Source: a virus
IMG/VR virus record: IMGVR_UViG_3300045977_000235
Location: 1-64,000 of that record
Length of the DNA stretch: 64,000 nt
Reading direction: 5' to 3' (one strand)
Shown: positions 1 to 11,265 of the stretch, in pieces
Position numbering within the stretch: position 1 is the first letter of the stretch
How the letters are laid out: each line of letters starts with the position of its first letter
Notes under the pieces: generated by a model
What the model was told of the DNA's origin: nothing
The model's database searches: none
The model's input: only the letters and a program-made list of their open reading frames with translations
Translations under genes and position numbers: made by a program

Positions 1-3000
1 CATTTGGGAACTACCAATACCAAAACCATATTTTGCTAGTATTGTATCATATAAATTAATTTTCTGTCCTGTCCACGTTCCAAACGATAACACACCAGTA
101 TCCAAAAGAGTCATGCGCCAAGTTGGAGCAGCAGCACCTATTGATGTTGTTGCAAAAGCTATGCGTGTTCCTAATGTTGTTGCGGTATGTGTTTCACTTG
201 CATATGCACGTATATAGGCTGTCATTACAGTGGGACTTAAATTCGTATCATTACTATGAAAATCAATACCATTTAGAAGGTTATCTGTTGCAATAGCAAC
301 ACGTTGGGATGTTAATATCAAACCAGCATCTGTTACATTATTGTTCCCTACGTGAAGAACTGTTGTTGGTACAGATACACCTATCCCAACAAAACCGTCT
401 TGTGTAATTCTCATTCTTTCAGTAAGAGAACCTGAAACTGGAGGGGAAGTATAAAAAATCAAAACTCCACCTGCTCTACCCTCAGCATCTACTGATTCAA
501 TTCGTGTATCAATACGAGACATATAGTTCCATTGATCAGCAGTATTTGCAGCATTCCGTACATATGCTTGTGAACCGTAATAAGAAACATAATCTAATTC
601 TGCAACTCGTAGAGGAACAGCACGTGTACCACGTGATTTTCGTGTTACATGAAAATAACCCGTTGCAACAGCATCATGGCGTTCAAAGTAGTTTGCAATA
701 CCAAGTACATTCAATGTTTCATAAGGATCAGCCATACCAAAACCTATATAATCACCTAATACATGAATCACCCCTGATTCTGTTCGCACATGTAAAGATG
801 CCGTTCCTGCTGTTGCATCACGATCTGCGGCCCAAAGCTGTACCATATCAACAGGAGAAGTCGTTGGAGCAGTCCCAATATTGATCCCAAACGTAAAACT
901 TGCTGAGGTTCCTGCATCATTTGCTGTCCCAAGTATAATATTTTTCGATAAGGCTTTAACACGTAACACTGGAGAAAACGTGACACCATCAGCACTACTC
1001 ATTCCGCCAATAGACACACCAGTTGTAGAGGCGGAATCAGATCCAAAAATTTGCAAGGTATTACCGCCGCCAAATACCATCCCATATTTACTATTACCGC
1101 TTTCATTGAGAGTAATCTTGTTCCCACTAACCATATTCAAAGAGCCATCAGATTTAAGTGTCATACGGAGAGTAGGAGTAGTTGCCCCTACTGCTGTTGT
1201 AGCAAAAGTCATTCTCGTCCCTAGTGTTGTAGCAGTATGTGTCTCATCAGCCAAAGCACGAACATATGCAGTCATTTGTCCTGGTGAGGTTAAATTCGTG
1301 TCGTTACTCCAAAAATCCGCCCCGCCTATAACATTATCAACAACAAGGGCAATACGTTGTGAACCAAGAATTAATTGTCCTGTTGTTAAATTTTCATTGG
1401 TCAGGTGTAAACGTGCTTTTGGATCAGTCATACCTATACCTAACCAACCTTCTTGGGTAAGGCGCATTTTTTCTGTAATTGTGCCTGAGACACCAGGATT
1501 CGTATAAAATACTAAACGTCCACCAATACGTCCTTGGGCATCAATGCTATCCACACTCATATCAATAAGACCAACACTAATATTCGCCATAGCAGTATCA
1601 GTACTGTTGCGTGCATATCCGTAGCTAATCCATCGGCCAATACCATCGTTATCAATCACTCCTTCAGGTGCAACAACAGTCCCACGTGCTTTAATCATCT
1701 GAAGATCAGTCGCAACAGTAGATGTATTGTACATTTCAGTCCGAAATCCAGATCTGGCAGAATTAGACCCAACAACATGCATAGCACGAAGCGGATCAAC
1801 AACGCCAATACCAACAGCAGTAGGTAAAATGGTCATAATAGGTGTAAATGTTACACCATCCGTAGTATCCATAGTACCTAGTTGAATATTTCCTGTTGTT
1901 GCTGAAAATACCTGAAGGACTCCAGAGGCAAGCCCCAAACCGTAGCGAGCAGCAACACCATCACCATAGAGGAGGATCTTCTGACCAAGTTCAGCACTAA
2001 ACACTAGACGAGCATTCGTTGAACTTGATTGTCCAAGCCCTATTCTATCAAATTGAACATTTAAAGCTTTTATTGCCCCTGCAACTTCAAAAGCTACAGT
2101 GGGTGCCGTTGTTCCAATACCAACTTTATCTCCAAATACGTGTGAGGTACCATCTTCTGTGCGTATATGTAATCCTGCTTTTCCTGCTACAGCATTAGTG
2201 TCAGCAGTCCACATTTGCACTGTATCAGCGGGTGACGTTGTAGGTGCTGTTCCTGCAAATAATGCAAAAACACGTGCTGCACTTGTCCCATAAGTTTTTG
2301 TTCCTAAACCAACATTCCCACTTGTACCATTAATAGACAGTCTGTTTGTAAATGTGGTTCCATCAGCAGTAGACATACTTCCAATATCTACTGTACCAGT
2401 TGATTGTGAGAACACTTGCATAACACCAGAAGCAACTCCTAAACCGTTACGTGTAGTTATTCCGTTACCATATAATAATAGTTTTTGTCCGACTTCGGCC
2501 AAAAATGTTAATCGTGCATCGGCTGTAGCGGGTGTTCCTAATCCAAGTCGATCAAGTTGTGAACTTGAAGCAGATCCTATACCCAAATTTGCTTGGGTTG
2601 TTGCAACATCACTTACCTTTAATGCGCCAATAACATCTAATGCTGCTGTAGGATTTGTTGTTCCTATTCCTACCATATCTCCAAATACATGCGAAGTTCC
2701 ATCTTCAGTCCGTAAATGTAGTGATCCTTTGCCTGCTGTCGCATTTCTATCTGCACTCCATAATTGAACTGTATCTGCTGGTGATGTTGTTGGAGCTACA
2801 CCATTAAATAATGCAAATGTCCGTGTTGCACCTGTACCAAATGTACCAGTACCAACACCTACATTACCGCTTGTTCCATACACACTTAATCGTGAAGTAA
2901 ATGTTATTCCATCTACTGTACTCATAGATCCTAATTCAACACTTGCAGCACCAGCACCAAAAACCTGTAATGCCGCAGCAGCCACAGCTAAACCATAACG

Positions 3001-5106
3001 TGAACCTACTGCATCACCAGATAATAAAATCTTTTGTGCGACCCCAGCAGCAAAAAGAAGTGGTGCAGATGCAGTTGGGGCAATGCCTAAACCTAATCGT
3101 GTAAACTGTACATCATTTGTTGTTCCTAAACCAATATTTGTTCGTGTTGTTGTTGGATCACTAACGTTTATTGCACCAACAACATCAAGAGCAAAACCAG
3201 GTGTGACTGTCCCAATACCTACTCTATCACCAAACACATGAGACGTACCATCTTCAGTACGTAAGTGTAATGATGCTTTTCCTGCTGTAGCTGCTCTATC
3301 AGCACTCCACATTTGAATAGCATCAGCAGGTGACGTAGTGGGAGCAGTACCAGAACCAATGACAACACCTTGTACTAAATTTGTGCCAACAGATGCAACA
3401 TTAATAATAAAATTTGCATCTTTGTCTATCGACACTGTTTTACCAAACACTCCTGCATTTGCTACAGAAAATGATAAAATACCTGAAGTGTCTGCTGAAC
3501 CTCTTGCACCTGATATTCTTGCTACTTCAAAACTTGTGCCCGTAAAATTTTCATTATTAAAAGATAATAGTGTACCAAAATTAGGACTTAATACATCTGT
3601 TGTTGCTTTTACACGTAAATTCAATACGTTCCACAAATTACTTGATGATGTAGCATTCTTTGTAATCCGTTGTGACCCTACAACATCTAATTCAGACAAT
3701 GGAGTTAAATTATTTAATCCGACATAATCACTGAACACATGCGTAGCACCACTTTCAGATCGTATAAAAAGCCCTGTTTTACCTCCTACTCCACCACGAT
3801 ATGCAGCCCATAATTGTACCATATTTAATGGTGACGTACTTGGAGCAACACCTAATCCAAGACCTAATACAGCTTGAGCACCAGTACCAAATGTTGTTGT
3901 TTTAAGTCCTAGATTATTTGATGTTGAATCATAATGTAATTGTGCATCTGCACTTAACGTATATTGATCTGACCAAATCGTAATTGAATTTGTACTTCCA
4001 GATCCATGAATACCTGCAAGATTAAATTGTACATAAATTTCAGCATTATTTGAAATATTTGCTGCACCTGTACTCACAAAAGTCACAGGAATTGTTCTAT
4101 ATGTTCCAACATCTGTAAGAGTTCCTGATACGGTATATCGAATAGATTTTGATGAATCAACTCTATCTTGTATATAAATCGTATCACCAACATCTAAATC
4201 ATCTAAAAGGATACTTGAATCTGTACCACCACTACTTACTTCTGTAATATACATTTCTGTTGCAGAACTATAATCTGTATTATTTACCGCTATACTTTGT
4301 GCGGCTGGAGGAGTTACAGTTGATGTAGACCATTTCCATATACCTGACGTTGTTCCACCTGCACTACCAGCAGTCATAGAAACCCATGCATCATTAATTC
4401 GGCCTTCAATATCTGCTCCTGTAAATCGTATCGTTCCATTAGCTAACAAAGCTGTTGTGCCAAGTTTAATTCCACCTACAACTTCTAATGCTTCAGCAGG
4501 AGCTACTGTCCCTATACCTACACGATCTCCTAGTACGTGCTGTGTACCATCTTCTGCTCTCACGTGTAATGATGTTTTTCCTGGTGTACCTGCTCTATCT
4601 GCTGCCCACATTTGTATAGCATTTACAGGATTCGTACTTGGACCAATACCTAATGCAATAACAATACCATGATTTAATAATGTTCCTGCTGCTGCACCAC
4701 CAACAAGAAGATTTCGTGCAATAGTTAAATCAACAATACCGTCAACATTATTCGTGTCTGTAATAATGATCCCACTATCTTGTAATGATGTTCCTGTTGA
4801 ACCATTCCATCTCACAATAGCATTGTCTGTAGACGCACCAGGAAAACCACCACCAGCACCACCTATGGTATCAAAACGTTCTGCGACTGTACTATAAACA
4901 CCTGAAGGTGATGTACCTAATTCAGTTTGTATAGCAATAATCGCATCTATCACATCATTCATAAATTCTGCATCTACTCTTGACTGACTATCGGCAATGG
5001 GATTAGGACCATTCGTATAATCACTTTTACCCCCGCCACTGACATACAACAATGTGTCTAGGGTAACTGGATAAGAGGTAGATGTGCCACTACCAAGAGC
5101 ACCCAT
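1..5106 (-). CDS. Long tail fibre / receptor-binding protein, >1700 aa, 3' end beyond the window (absent from the ORF track)
   Basis: ATG at 5106 with AAGGAG RBS at 5113-5118. It reads MGALGSGTSTSYPVTLDT..., and the same frame reads ...GQKINLYDTILAKYGFGIGSSQM at position 1. It carries VGIGTxxP and EDGTxHVFGD fibre-type repeats and lies downstream of the J-like gene. Continuity was spot-checked, not fully translated. Confidence 0.85.
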   Translation of the reverse strand, partial: MGALGSGTSTSYPVTLDTLLYVSGGGKSDYTNGPNPIADSQSRVDAEFMNDVIDAIIAIQTELGTSPSGVYSTVAERFDTIGGAGGGFPGASTDNAIVRWNGSTGTSLQDSGIIITDTNNVDGIVDLTIARNLLVGGAAAGTLLNHGIVIALGIGPSTNPVNAIQMWAADRAGTPGKTSLHVRAEDGTQHVLGDRVGIGTVAPAEALEVVGGIKLGTTALLANGTIRFTGADIEGRINDAWVSMTAGSAGGTTSGIWKWSTSTVTPPAAQSIAVNNTDYSSATEMYITEVSSGGTDSSILLDDLDVGDTIYIQDRVDSSKSIRYTVSGTLTDVGTYRTIPVTFVSTGAANISNNAEIYVQFNLAGIHGSGSTNSITIWSDQYTLSADAQLHYDSTSNNLGLKTTTFGTGAQAVLGLGLGVAPSTSPLNMVQLWAAYRGGVGGKTGLFIRSESGATHVFSDYVGLNNLTPLSELDVVGSQRITKNATSSSNLWNVLNLRVKATTDVLSPNFGTLLSFNNENFTGTSFEVARISGARGSADTSGILSFSVANAGVFGKTVSIDKDANFIINVASVGTNLVQGVVIGSGTAPTTSPADAIQMWSADRAATAGKASLHLRTEDGTSHVFGDRVGIGTVTPGFALDVVGAINVSDPTTTRTNIGLGTTNDVQFTRLGLGIAPTASAPLLFAAGVAQKILLSGDAVGSRYGLAVAAAALQVFGAGAASVELGSMSTVDGITFTSRLSVYGTSGNVGVGTGTFGTGATRTFALFNGVAPTTSPADTVQLWSADRNATAGKGSLHLRTEDGTSHVFGDMVGIGTTNPTAALDVIGALKVSDVATTQANLGIGSASSSQLDRLGLGTPATADARLTFLAEVGQKLLLYGNGITTRNGLGVASGVMQVFSQSTGTVDIGSMSTADGTTFTNRLSINGTSGNVGLGTKTYGTSAARVFALFAGTAPTTSPADTVQMWTADTNAVAGKAGLHIRTEDGTSHVFGDKVGIGTTAPTVAFEVAGAIKALNVQFDRIGLGQSSSTNARLVFSAELGQKILLYGDGVAARYGLGLASGVLQVFSATTGNIQLGTMDTTDGVTFTPIMTILPTAVGIGVVDPLRAMHVVGSNSARSGFRTEMYNTSTVATDLQMIKARGTVVAPEGVIDNDGIGRWISYGYARNSTDTAMANISVGLIDMSVDSIDAQGRIGGRLVFYTNPGVSGTITEKMRLTQEGWLGIGMTDPKARLHLTNENLTTGQLILGSQRIALVVDNVIGGADFWSNDTNLTSPGQMTAYVRALADETHTATTLGTRMTFATTAVGATTPTLRMTLKSDGSLNMVSGNKITLNESGNSKYGMVFGGGNTLQIFGSDSASTTGVSIGGMSSADGVTFSPVLRVKALSKNIILGTANDAGTSASFTFGINIGTAPTTSPVDMVQLWAADRDATAGTASLHVRTESGVIHVLGDYIGFGMADPYETLNVLGIANYFERHDAVATGYFHVTRKSRGTRAVPLRVAELDYVSYYGSQAYVRNAANTADQWNYMSRIDTRIESVDAEGRAGGVLIFYTSPPVSGSLTERMRITQDGFVGIGVSVPTTVLHVGNNNVTDAGLILTSQRVAIATDNLLNGIDFHSNDTNLSPTVMTAYIRAYASETHTATTLGTRIAFATTSIGAAAPTWRMTLLDTGVLSFGTWTGQKINLYDTILAKYGFGIGSSQM

Positions 5107-5197
5107 GTAATTCTCCTTTACAAAAAATCATACATATTAAATTATTTAATATGTAACAAACCATTCAAACATTATATTCCAATTAAATTATTTAATC

Positions 5198-8100
5198 TTA
5201 TGTTGCTGCTGCAAATCCATAAATCATCACCCGTACCCATGTTACACTTGATGTATTACTATCTTCTATATTATAAAGTTTAATAGGGATAGTTGTACCT
5301 GCTGATATTGCTCCCATCATTCGCGTGCGTGTATTATAAACAACTGCATTATTACCACTTGCACCATAACGTGATCCTTCAGCATCCGGTTCATCAAGTA
5401 AATAAATCCAATGTTCTTGCCCATCATAAAAATACGTTACTGCTAATTCATTTGGTTCATTTGCTACAGCAAATTCTGCTGTAATCGTAGCTATTGCCAT
5501 AGCATCTGCAATAAAAATTTCTCCTACATGTACACCTGATGCAGAATAAGGAACATTATTCGCATATAAAAAGTTCCCACTTAACCGTAAGTTATCCCCA
5601 AAACCATCTAATGTTGTAGCTGATACTCCTGCTGTTGGGCTTTCAGGGTGAAACGTACTTACATTCCCTGCATAATCAAATGACCGTATCCAATAATACC
5701 ATGTTTCTAAATTGCCTAAACCTGTATGTGAATAAGTAACTGCACCATTAAATACAGAACTAATTTTTGTTGCTGCTGCCCGATTATTTGTACGTGATGC
5801 CCAAATTTCTACACCATCAAAATCTAAAACAGTAGGATTCGACCATAATAATTCAATCGCTCGTATACCACCTTCGGCTGTTAAACCTACTGAAGCAGCA
5901 GGTGGAGTTACATCAATATTTGTAACTGTGATGGTCACTTGTAATAAACCATCATAATTAGGTGTCCCACGAACAGAAATAGGTACGACTCTATATTGAA
6001 TAATCGTTCCTACAGGTGGAGCAAGTTCTTTATATTGAAAAGCATACTGTCCTGTTATAGATCCTACTAAGTTAAAACCAGAAAGATTATCAAAATTTTC
6101 AGATCCTGATTCAGCAGCAAGAAATTCTCCTACATTTAATGATCCTGCTACAGCACTTCCTTCAACATATCGTCTATAAATCAAACCACCACCATATACA
6201 CCATATTTTACACCTGGATTTATTCTCCGTGCATCTTCCACTTGCATGACATCCCATTCAAGAACAATAAAATTATTTAAGTTTCCTGTAGCATCGCGGA
6301 AAATTTCTTCAAATCCCATTAATTGTATTAAAGGTGGAGGTGGACCATCAGGTTTAATTAAATGTGATGGACTCGGTAATAACGTTGCAGTAAATGGATC
6401 AAACACACTTGCATTATGTTCAACACCAGTAACTGTAATAATAAAATCACTAGCACGTTCAACCTTTGTTATACGGAATAATTTAAAAGCTGTATTAAAT
6501 GGTTCTGCTCTCCCAAATGCCCATTGAGTATAACCTTCAGATGGAGTAAATGTTAAATCAGGTTCTGATGCTTCTAATTCAAGTACACGTGTATTAACTG
6601 TTCCTGTTGAAGCTGGATTATGGAGCAATCGAACATTTTGTACATCATCCTTGTTTTGTAAAAACACATGATAAATACCACCAGGAGCAAAAGGAACTTC
6701 AGAATCAAGGACAATAGTACGTCTATTTGTTACTATATCATCTCCATAATCTTCTACCACTCTACCAGACCATCCGTATCCAGGTAATGGGTGTGAAAAT
6801 TGTATCACATCCATAATTTCAAAAATCATCCCTGCAATATTCATTGTAAATTCTACTACTTGTTTTTGATAGCGCCGAGAAACTAAATTAAATGCCGTTT
6901 CTCTTTCTACTTCACTAGGACGTGCAATAGAACGAAATTCTAATGAACTTTTATTCACTAAATAAGGCCAATCTTCTACTTTAGGATATACTAAAACATC
7001 TTGTTCATAGTCATCCTCAGCATTTGCATATCGACATTCTAGGACGTTCACATCATCAGCATCTCGTACATATGCTAAATTTACAGAGTCTCTAATTGTT
7101 GATGCCCATGTAATTAATTGAACAGGAGCACTATCTTGTGCAGTTTTTACTTTCCATAATCCGCCAGTTTTTACTAAAACTGACCGTGATGGCATTAATA
7201 TCTCATCAACAACTTGTGGTGCATCTGTATCAGAATCAATAACAAAACTTATAATTGATCGTCTTTCTTGAAAATCAACTTCACCATCATCGTCACTATC
7301 AACATCAACTAATTCATTACAATAACTTGCATAGGCAATAAATGATGCAAGGTCTATTTCTTCATCTGCTATACCTAGTCCGTATCGTGTATTCGTCAAA
7401 AAATCCATTAAACACCACGATGGATTATCAGAATATATAGGAGTATTCAAAAAAGATCCTACTCGAACTTTTTTTCCTTTAACAATAACTGTAGCATTGG
7501 GCAAAGAACCTTGTAAATTTTCTGTTGCAACAATACGTAAACCGTATATAGCTGTATTAGGAAATGTTTCTGTTGTATCAACTATTTCAGATATTTTTGA
7601 TAAATATGGTTTAAATTCAGATTGATCATCATCATATTTTGCACTTACAAATTGTATAGTAATATCATAAACATCAAGAGGAAGATTTTCTACCTTAATA
7701 GGACGATGAACAATTTTCTTTTGATCTGTATCTGTTGATACTTGTATAGGACCAACCCATCCACCAGGACTACTTTGACCTTTATAACTATATGACCATG
7801 TAGATACATTATTTGCACGTGCGCCAGTTTTTGTATCTATATGATACAATCCAGCAGCAAAATCTACATGAATAATAAAACCATTGACTTCTGTTAATGT
7901 TGTATAGTTTACAGGTTCTTCTGAAAATTCGATATTCCCTTGATCAAACGTATTTTTTGATTGTGTGAAAAAAGGTATTTTTGTTTGTGTTGGTGTACCT
8001 AAACGTGAATCTAAAGCAATTTGTTGATAGTTGCTAATAGGTTGATCGTTAATCTCTATTGTATCTAATTCAAATTCTTCTATCTCACCTTCACCTACAG

Positions 8101-8605
8101 CAATAAGCATATGGAGAGTAGGATCTTGTATAGTAAACTCATTATTGTTTGTGCGTTCTTCTACAAATGCTGTTAATAATTGTCCACCTACTCTATGTCG
8201 TCCATAGATAATAGGGACTACGTTTCCTGGTCCCTGTGTTGTTTTAATACCTGCCCAACTAAAACTTGATCCTTCTTTATCTGGCGGCTCAAATTTAGGC
8301 GGCTTTACAGGGAACAATAAATTCATTACAACACTTAATACAACTGAAATGATAATAGAAATAGCAATCATAATAAGAAAAGGAATACCTATTTTACCTG
8401 ATACAACTATTTCACAATCTTTAGGAGGTAAATAAAGATCTTTTTCTTCTATATACGTTCCATTAATAGCTATATTAAGTTTTTCTAAATCATAATCATT
8501 AAAAATCTCATGAAGATATAGATCTTCTTCTACAACATATTCTCTTGTATGATACTCTCCTGTCATTGATTTGAAAGGACTCATTATAAGTTTTATTTTA
8601 TTCAT
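5198..8605 (-). CDS. Central tail tip / host-specificity protein (lambda J-like) with an I-like N-terminus and a C-terminal FN3-like domain
   Basis: 1135 aa. Motifs VPIIYGRHRVGG, VGEGEI, VKGKKV..YSDNPSWCLMDFLTNTRYGLG. Position after tape measure and L/K-like genes. Confidence 0.88.
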   Translation of the reverse strand: MNKIKLIMSPFKSMTGEYHTREYVVEEDLYLHEIFNDYDLEKLNIAINGTYIEEKDLYLPPKDCEIVVSGKIGIPFLIMIAISIIISVVLSVVMNLLFPVKPPKFEPPDKEGSSFSWAGIKTTQGPGNVVPIIYGRHRVGGQLLTAFVEERTNNNEFTIQDPTLHMLIAVGEGEIEEFELDTIEINDQPISNYQQIALDSRLGTPTQTKIPFFTQSKNTFDQGNIEFSEEPVNYTTLTEVNGFIIHVDFAAGLYHIDTKTGARANNVSTWSYSYKGQSSPGGWVGPIQVSTDTDQKKIVHRPIKVENLPLDVYDITIQFVSAKYDDDQSEFKPYLSKISEIVDTTETFPNTAIYGLRIVATENLQGSLPNATVIVKGKKVRVGSFLNTPIYSDNPSWCLMDFLTNTRYGLGIADEEIDLASFIAYASYCNELVDVDSDDDGEVDFQERRSIISFVIDSDTDAPQVVDEILMPSRSVLVKTGGLWKVKTAQDSAPVQLITWASTIRDSVNLAYVRDADDVNVLECRYANAEDDYEQDVLVYPKVEDWPYLVNKSSLEFRSIARPSEVERETAFNLVSRRYQKQVVEFTMNIAGMIFEIMDVIQFSHPLPGYGWSGRVVEDYGDDIVTNRRTIVLDSEVPFAPGGIYHVFLQNKDDVQNVRLLHNPASTGTVNTRVLELEASEPDLTFTPSEGYTQWAFGRAEPFNTAFKLFRITKVERASDFIITVTGVEHNASVFDPFTATLLPSPSHLIKPDGPPPPLIQLMGFEEIFRDATGNLNNFIVLEWDVMQVEDARRINPGVKYGVYGGGLIYRRYVEGSAVAGSLNVGEFLAAESGSENFDNLSGFNLVGSITGQYAFQYKELAPPVGTIIQYRVVPISVRGTPNYDGLLQVTITVTNIDVTPPAASVGLTAEGGIRAIELLWSNPTVLDFDGVEIWASRTNNRAAATKISSVFNGAVTYSHTGLGNLETWYYWIRSFDYAGNVSTFHPESPTAGVSATTLDGFGDNLRLSGNFLYANNVPYSASGVHVGEIFIADAMAIATITAEFAVANEPNELAVTYFYDGQEHWIYLLDEPDAEGSRYGASGNNAVVYNTRTRMMGAISAGTTIPIKLYNIEDSNTSSVTWVRVMIYGFAAAT

Positions 8606-9122
8606 TTAATGAATCCTCATATATTGTTCTGTATCGCCAAAAATTTTCTTTTTCTATTGTTGCTTTACGTAACATTATTGAACGTGCGTTTTCTATAAGT
8701 TCACGTGCTTGATCATCATATTCTTCTCCGAATATTCTTGGCCGAACAATTTGATAAATATGTCGTTTATATTGTTGTATTTTCCCTATACATACTCCAG
8801 TAGGTTGAATACAATGCACAAATTCTGTTGTGTTGAGTACAATACCACAATGATCAACTGGATACAATACCGTATGAAGAAGTAACATATCCCATTGTTG
8901 TAATTTTTCCCAAGGAAATTCCCAACCGTACTCTTTACAATAATATTCAAAGAATTTTTGTGTATTATCAGGAGCATAATTTGACATATCTAAATCTAAA
9001 CCTTCATTATATAAAGCCCGTGTTATTTCATAACAATCCATACCTATATCACTACCACGTTCTTTATATGGTGTACCTATATATTTTGTGATTAAATTAT
9101 TTAAGTCTGGTACTGTTTTCAT
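8598..9122 (-). CDS. NlpC/P60 tail tip assembly protein (lambda K-like)
   Basis: YIGTPY..G...GMDCY catalytic Cys and HCGIVL..EFVH; directly upstream of the J-like gene. Confidence 0.85.
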   Translation of the reverse strand: MKTVPDLNNLITKYIGTPYKERGSDIGMDCYEITRALYNEGLDLDMSNYAPDNTQKFFEYYCKEYGWEFPWEKLQQWDMLLLHTVLYPVDHCGIVLNTTEFVHCIQPTGVCIGKIQQYKRHIYQIVRPRIFGEEYDDQARELIENARSIMLRKATIEKENFWRYRTIYEDSLNE

Positions 9123-9133
9123 ATTGTTCTCTC

Positions 9134-9832
9134 TTATAGTCTTTTATAGGATGAATATATTGATTCAGATACTATTTCAGGTGAAGTAAAAATTGTATGC
9201 CATAATTGACACGTTTGACTTCGACAAATATCACTATCAGTAAATGTTACAATTGGTACAGGTAACTGTAATTGTCCTATCTTTCGTATCACAAAAGATA
9301 AACCATTTTCTACAAAAATATCGCTTTGTGAGAGATCACCTGTAATAACAACTTTACTTCCTTCACCTATGCGGGTAAGGATTAAATGAAGTTCTTCTTT
9401 TGTAAGATTTTGTGAATCATCTATAATAATAAATGAGTTCCGTAAAGTAGAACCACGTAAATACATTACAGGATACGTATATATAGTCCCGTTGTTTCTT
9501 CCATCATAATATTTTGCGCCTAATTTTTCTTCTAAGACTTCTAATATTGGTGTTGCCCAAGGCTCCATTTTTTCTTGAGCATCACCAGGAAGAAATCCTA
9601 TCGGCCTACTAGCAGGTACAGTAGGACGTATGATTGTTATGCGTTCTACTTCACCTTTGTAATAATATTCACATGCTAAAGATGATGGTATATATGTTTT
9701 CCCTGTACCTGGACTACCTATTGCTAATGTAACAACTGAAGAATGTATGGCTTTGATATATTCCTTTTGAGTTTGATTTAAAGCCCGAACAGATTCAAAT
9801 TTCGTATATCCACTACCATTGTTTTTCCCCAT
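9134..9832 (-). CDS. phoH: PhoH-family ATPase
   Basis: GSPGTGKTY Walker A, RP..IGFLPGD..EKMEPW, YLRGSTL, IIIDDSQN, LTRIGEGSKVVITGD..QSD. Start moved to ATG 9832 (AGGAAG RBS). Confidence 0.93.
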   Translation of the reverse strand: MGKNNGSGYTKFESVRALNQTQKEYIKAIHSSVVTLAIGSPGTGKTYIPSSLACEYYYKGEVERITIIRPTVPASRPIGFLPGDAQEKMEPWATPILEVLEEKLGAKYYDGRNNGTIYTYPVMYLRGSTLRNSFIIIDDSQNLTKEELHLILTRIGEGSKVVITGDLSQSDIFVENGLSFVIRKIGQLQLPVPIVTFTDSDICRSQTCQLWHTIFTSPEIVSESIYSSYKRL

Positions 9833-9857
9833 AGACTTCCTTATAAAACAAATTGCC

Positions 9858-10577
9858 TTACACAAATATTCCTTGTAATGATTCTTCTATATGATTAGAA
9901 GGATTACAATTTACACAAATAAACTTATCATCATTAAATAATTTAATCATTTCCTTTTCTGCAAATTCATTATTACATAATGAACATGTATATAATATTT
10001 TTTCTTTCTTATATTCAATACCAATACTTCCCCGATATTTTTTTAAATATATTGCCCAACATTCTTTACAAATATAATAATGATAATAATATCCTTTTCT
10101 ATTATCTTTCTGTCTGTAAAAATCATCTATATCTTTTATTTCAAAACACATATTACATTTTTTTTCACCAGTTTCAAATACAAACTTTTTTCTATATATT
10201 CGTGTCCTATAATGATAATCCATCATTATTTTTGTACGGCATATTTTACATTGACTTTCTTTTTTAAATGGTTCTATACGAGACGTAAAAAATTCATCTA
10301 TATATTTTTCTGTATTACATATTGTACATATTTTCATACCACTATTAATAGCTTTTCTTCGTTCTTGTATACCGTGTTTTCTTCGCCATTGTAAAAAATA
10401 ATCTGGATTATCTTTATTAAATTTTTTATAATATTTTAATAATCTTCCATCATCCTTTCGTCGATATTCATACATACATTGTTTACAATAATCATATATA
10501 CCTAAAGGACGTGATTTAGCTTTTGTATATTCTGTAAAAAATTTATATCGTAAACACATACCACAACGTTTTTTCAT
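9858..10577 (-). CDS. Multi-CxxC zinc-ribbon repeat protein (HNH-associated type, no clear nuclease motif)
   Basis: Four K-x-C-x2-C...F...C-x2-C units; very Lys/Tyr-rich. Confidence 0.6.
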   Translation of the reverse strand: MKKRCGMCLRYKFFTEYTKAKSRPLGIYDYCKQCMYEYRRKDDGRLLKYYKKFNKDNPDYFLQWRRKHGIQERRKAINSGMKICTICNTEKYIDEFFTSRIEPFKKESQCKICRTKIMMDYHYRTRIYRKKFVFETGEKKCNMCFEIKDIDDFYRQKDNRKGYYYHYYICKECWAIYLKKYRGSIGIEYKKEKILYTCSLCNNEFAEKEMIKLFNDDKFICVNCNPSNHIEESLQGIFV

Positions 10578-10589
10578 GACTTTTATTCT

Positions 10590-11249
10590 TTATTGTAAAC
10601 TATATAATGATGTTTGATCAAATTGTATATATGGAATACCACCAGTAAAAGAACTCATCTGAACACCTAATCCTTCTGCAATACCAGCAGTATGAGCTAA
10701 TCCAGTAGGATCTATATGTGTCAATCGAACAGCTAAATCAGAAAAATCTGTTGCTGCTCCTGAAGAAATAGCAAAATATACTCCACCTAAATTTGCTATA
10801 TCAACAATCCATTCAGCCATAAAAGCAAAAGTCGTTCCTAAAGTTACCCATGATGATGCTTCAAGAGTTGCAATTGATAAACCAGATCCTAAAGTTTGTC
10901 CTGTTAATCGCCATATTGTAAAATCACTTAGAATATACTGGTATCCTAAAAAATAACCATTCGGACTTCCTATACTCATATCATTAGCACTTTGCAAACA
11001 CACTATACCATACCTATTTGCATTAGCACCACCAGTAGCACTTGTATTAGTTCGTATAAGTGTACGCATTCTCCCTTGTTCAATACCTTTTGTCCGTCCA
11101 CTTGCAACAGTAACTACACCATTACCAGGATCTCCAGCAGAATTATTAAGTAATGCTTTTAATGAACTTGTTCCTATAATTGGATTAACAAGATCTAATG
11201 AAAAATTTATGCGAGCATTCGCAGTAAAAAATTGCCAATCTGAAAACAC
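10590..11249 (-). CDS. Tail-associated beta-rich protein, paralogue family (copy 6)
   Basis: MFSDW..PIIGTSSL..TKGIEQGRMRTL..EWIVDIANLGG..ATDFSDL..FDQTSLY. GTG start with GGAGGT RBS. Confidence 0.75.
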   Translation of the reverse strand: MFSDWQFFTANARINFSLDLVNPIIGTSSLKALLNNSAGDPGNGVVTVASGRTKGIEQGRMRTLIRTNTSATGGANANRYGIVCLQSANDMSIGSPNGYFLGYQYILSDFTIWRLTGQTLGSGLSIATLEASSWVTLGTTFAFMAEWIVDIANLGGVYFAISSGAATDFSDLAVRLTHIDPTGLAHTAGIAEGLGVQMSSFTGGIPYIQFDQTSLYSLQ

Positions 11250-11265
11250 ATTATACCTCCATTTT

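Noticed and set aside
504-4672. Plus-strand ORFs (504-884, 881-1507, 2354-2767, 3338-3727 and others) and minus-strand 768-995
   Set aside because: Shadow frames of the long minus-strand fibre gene; no RBS or recognisable motifs.
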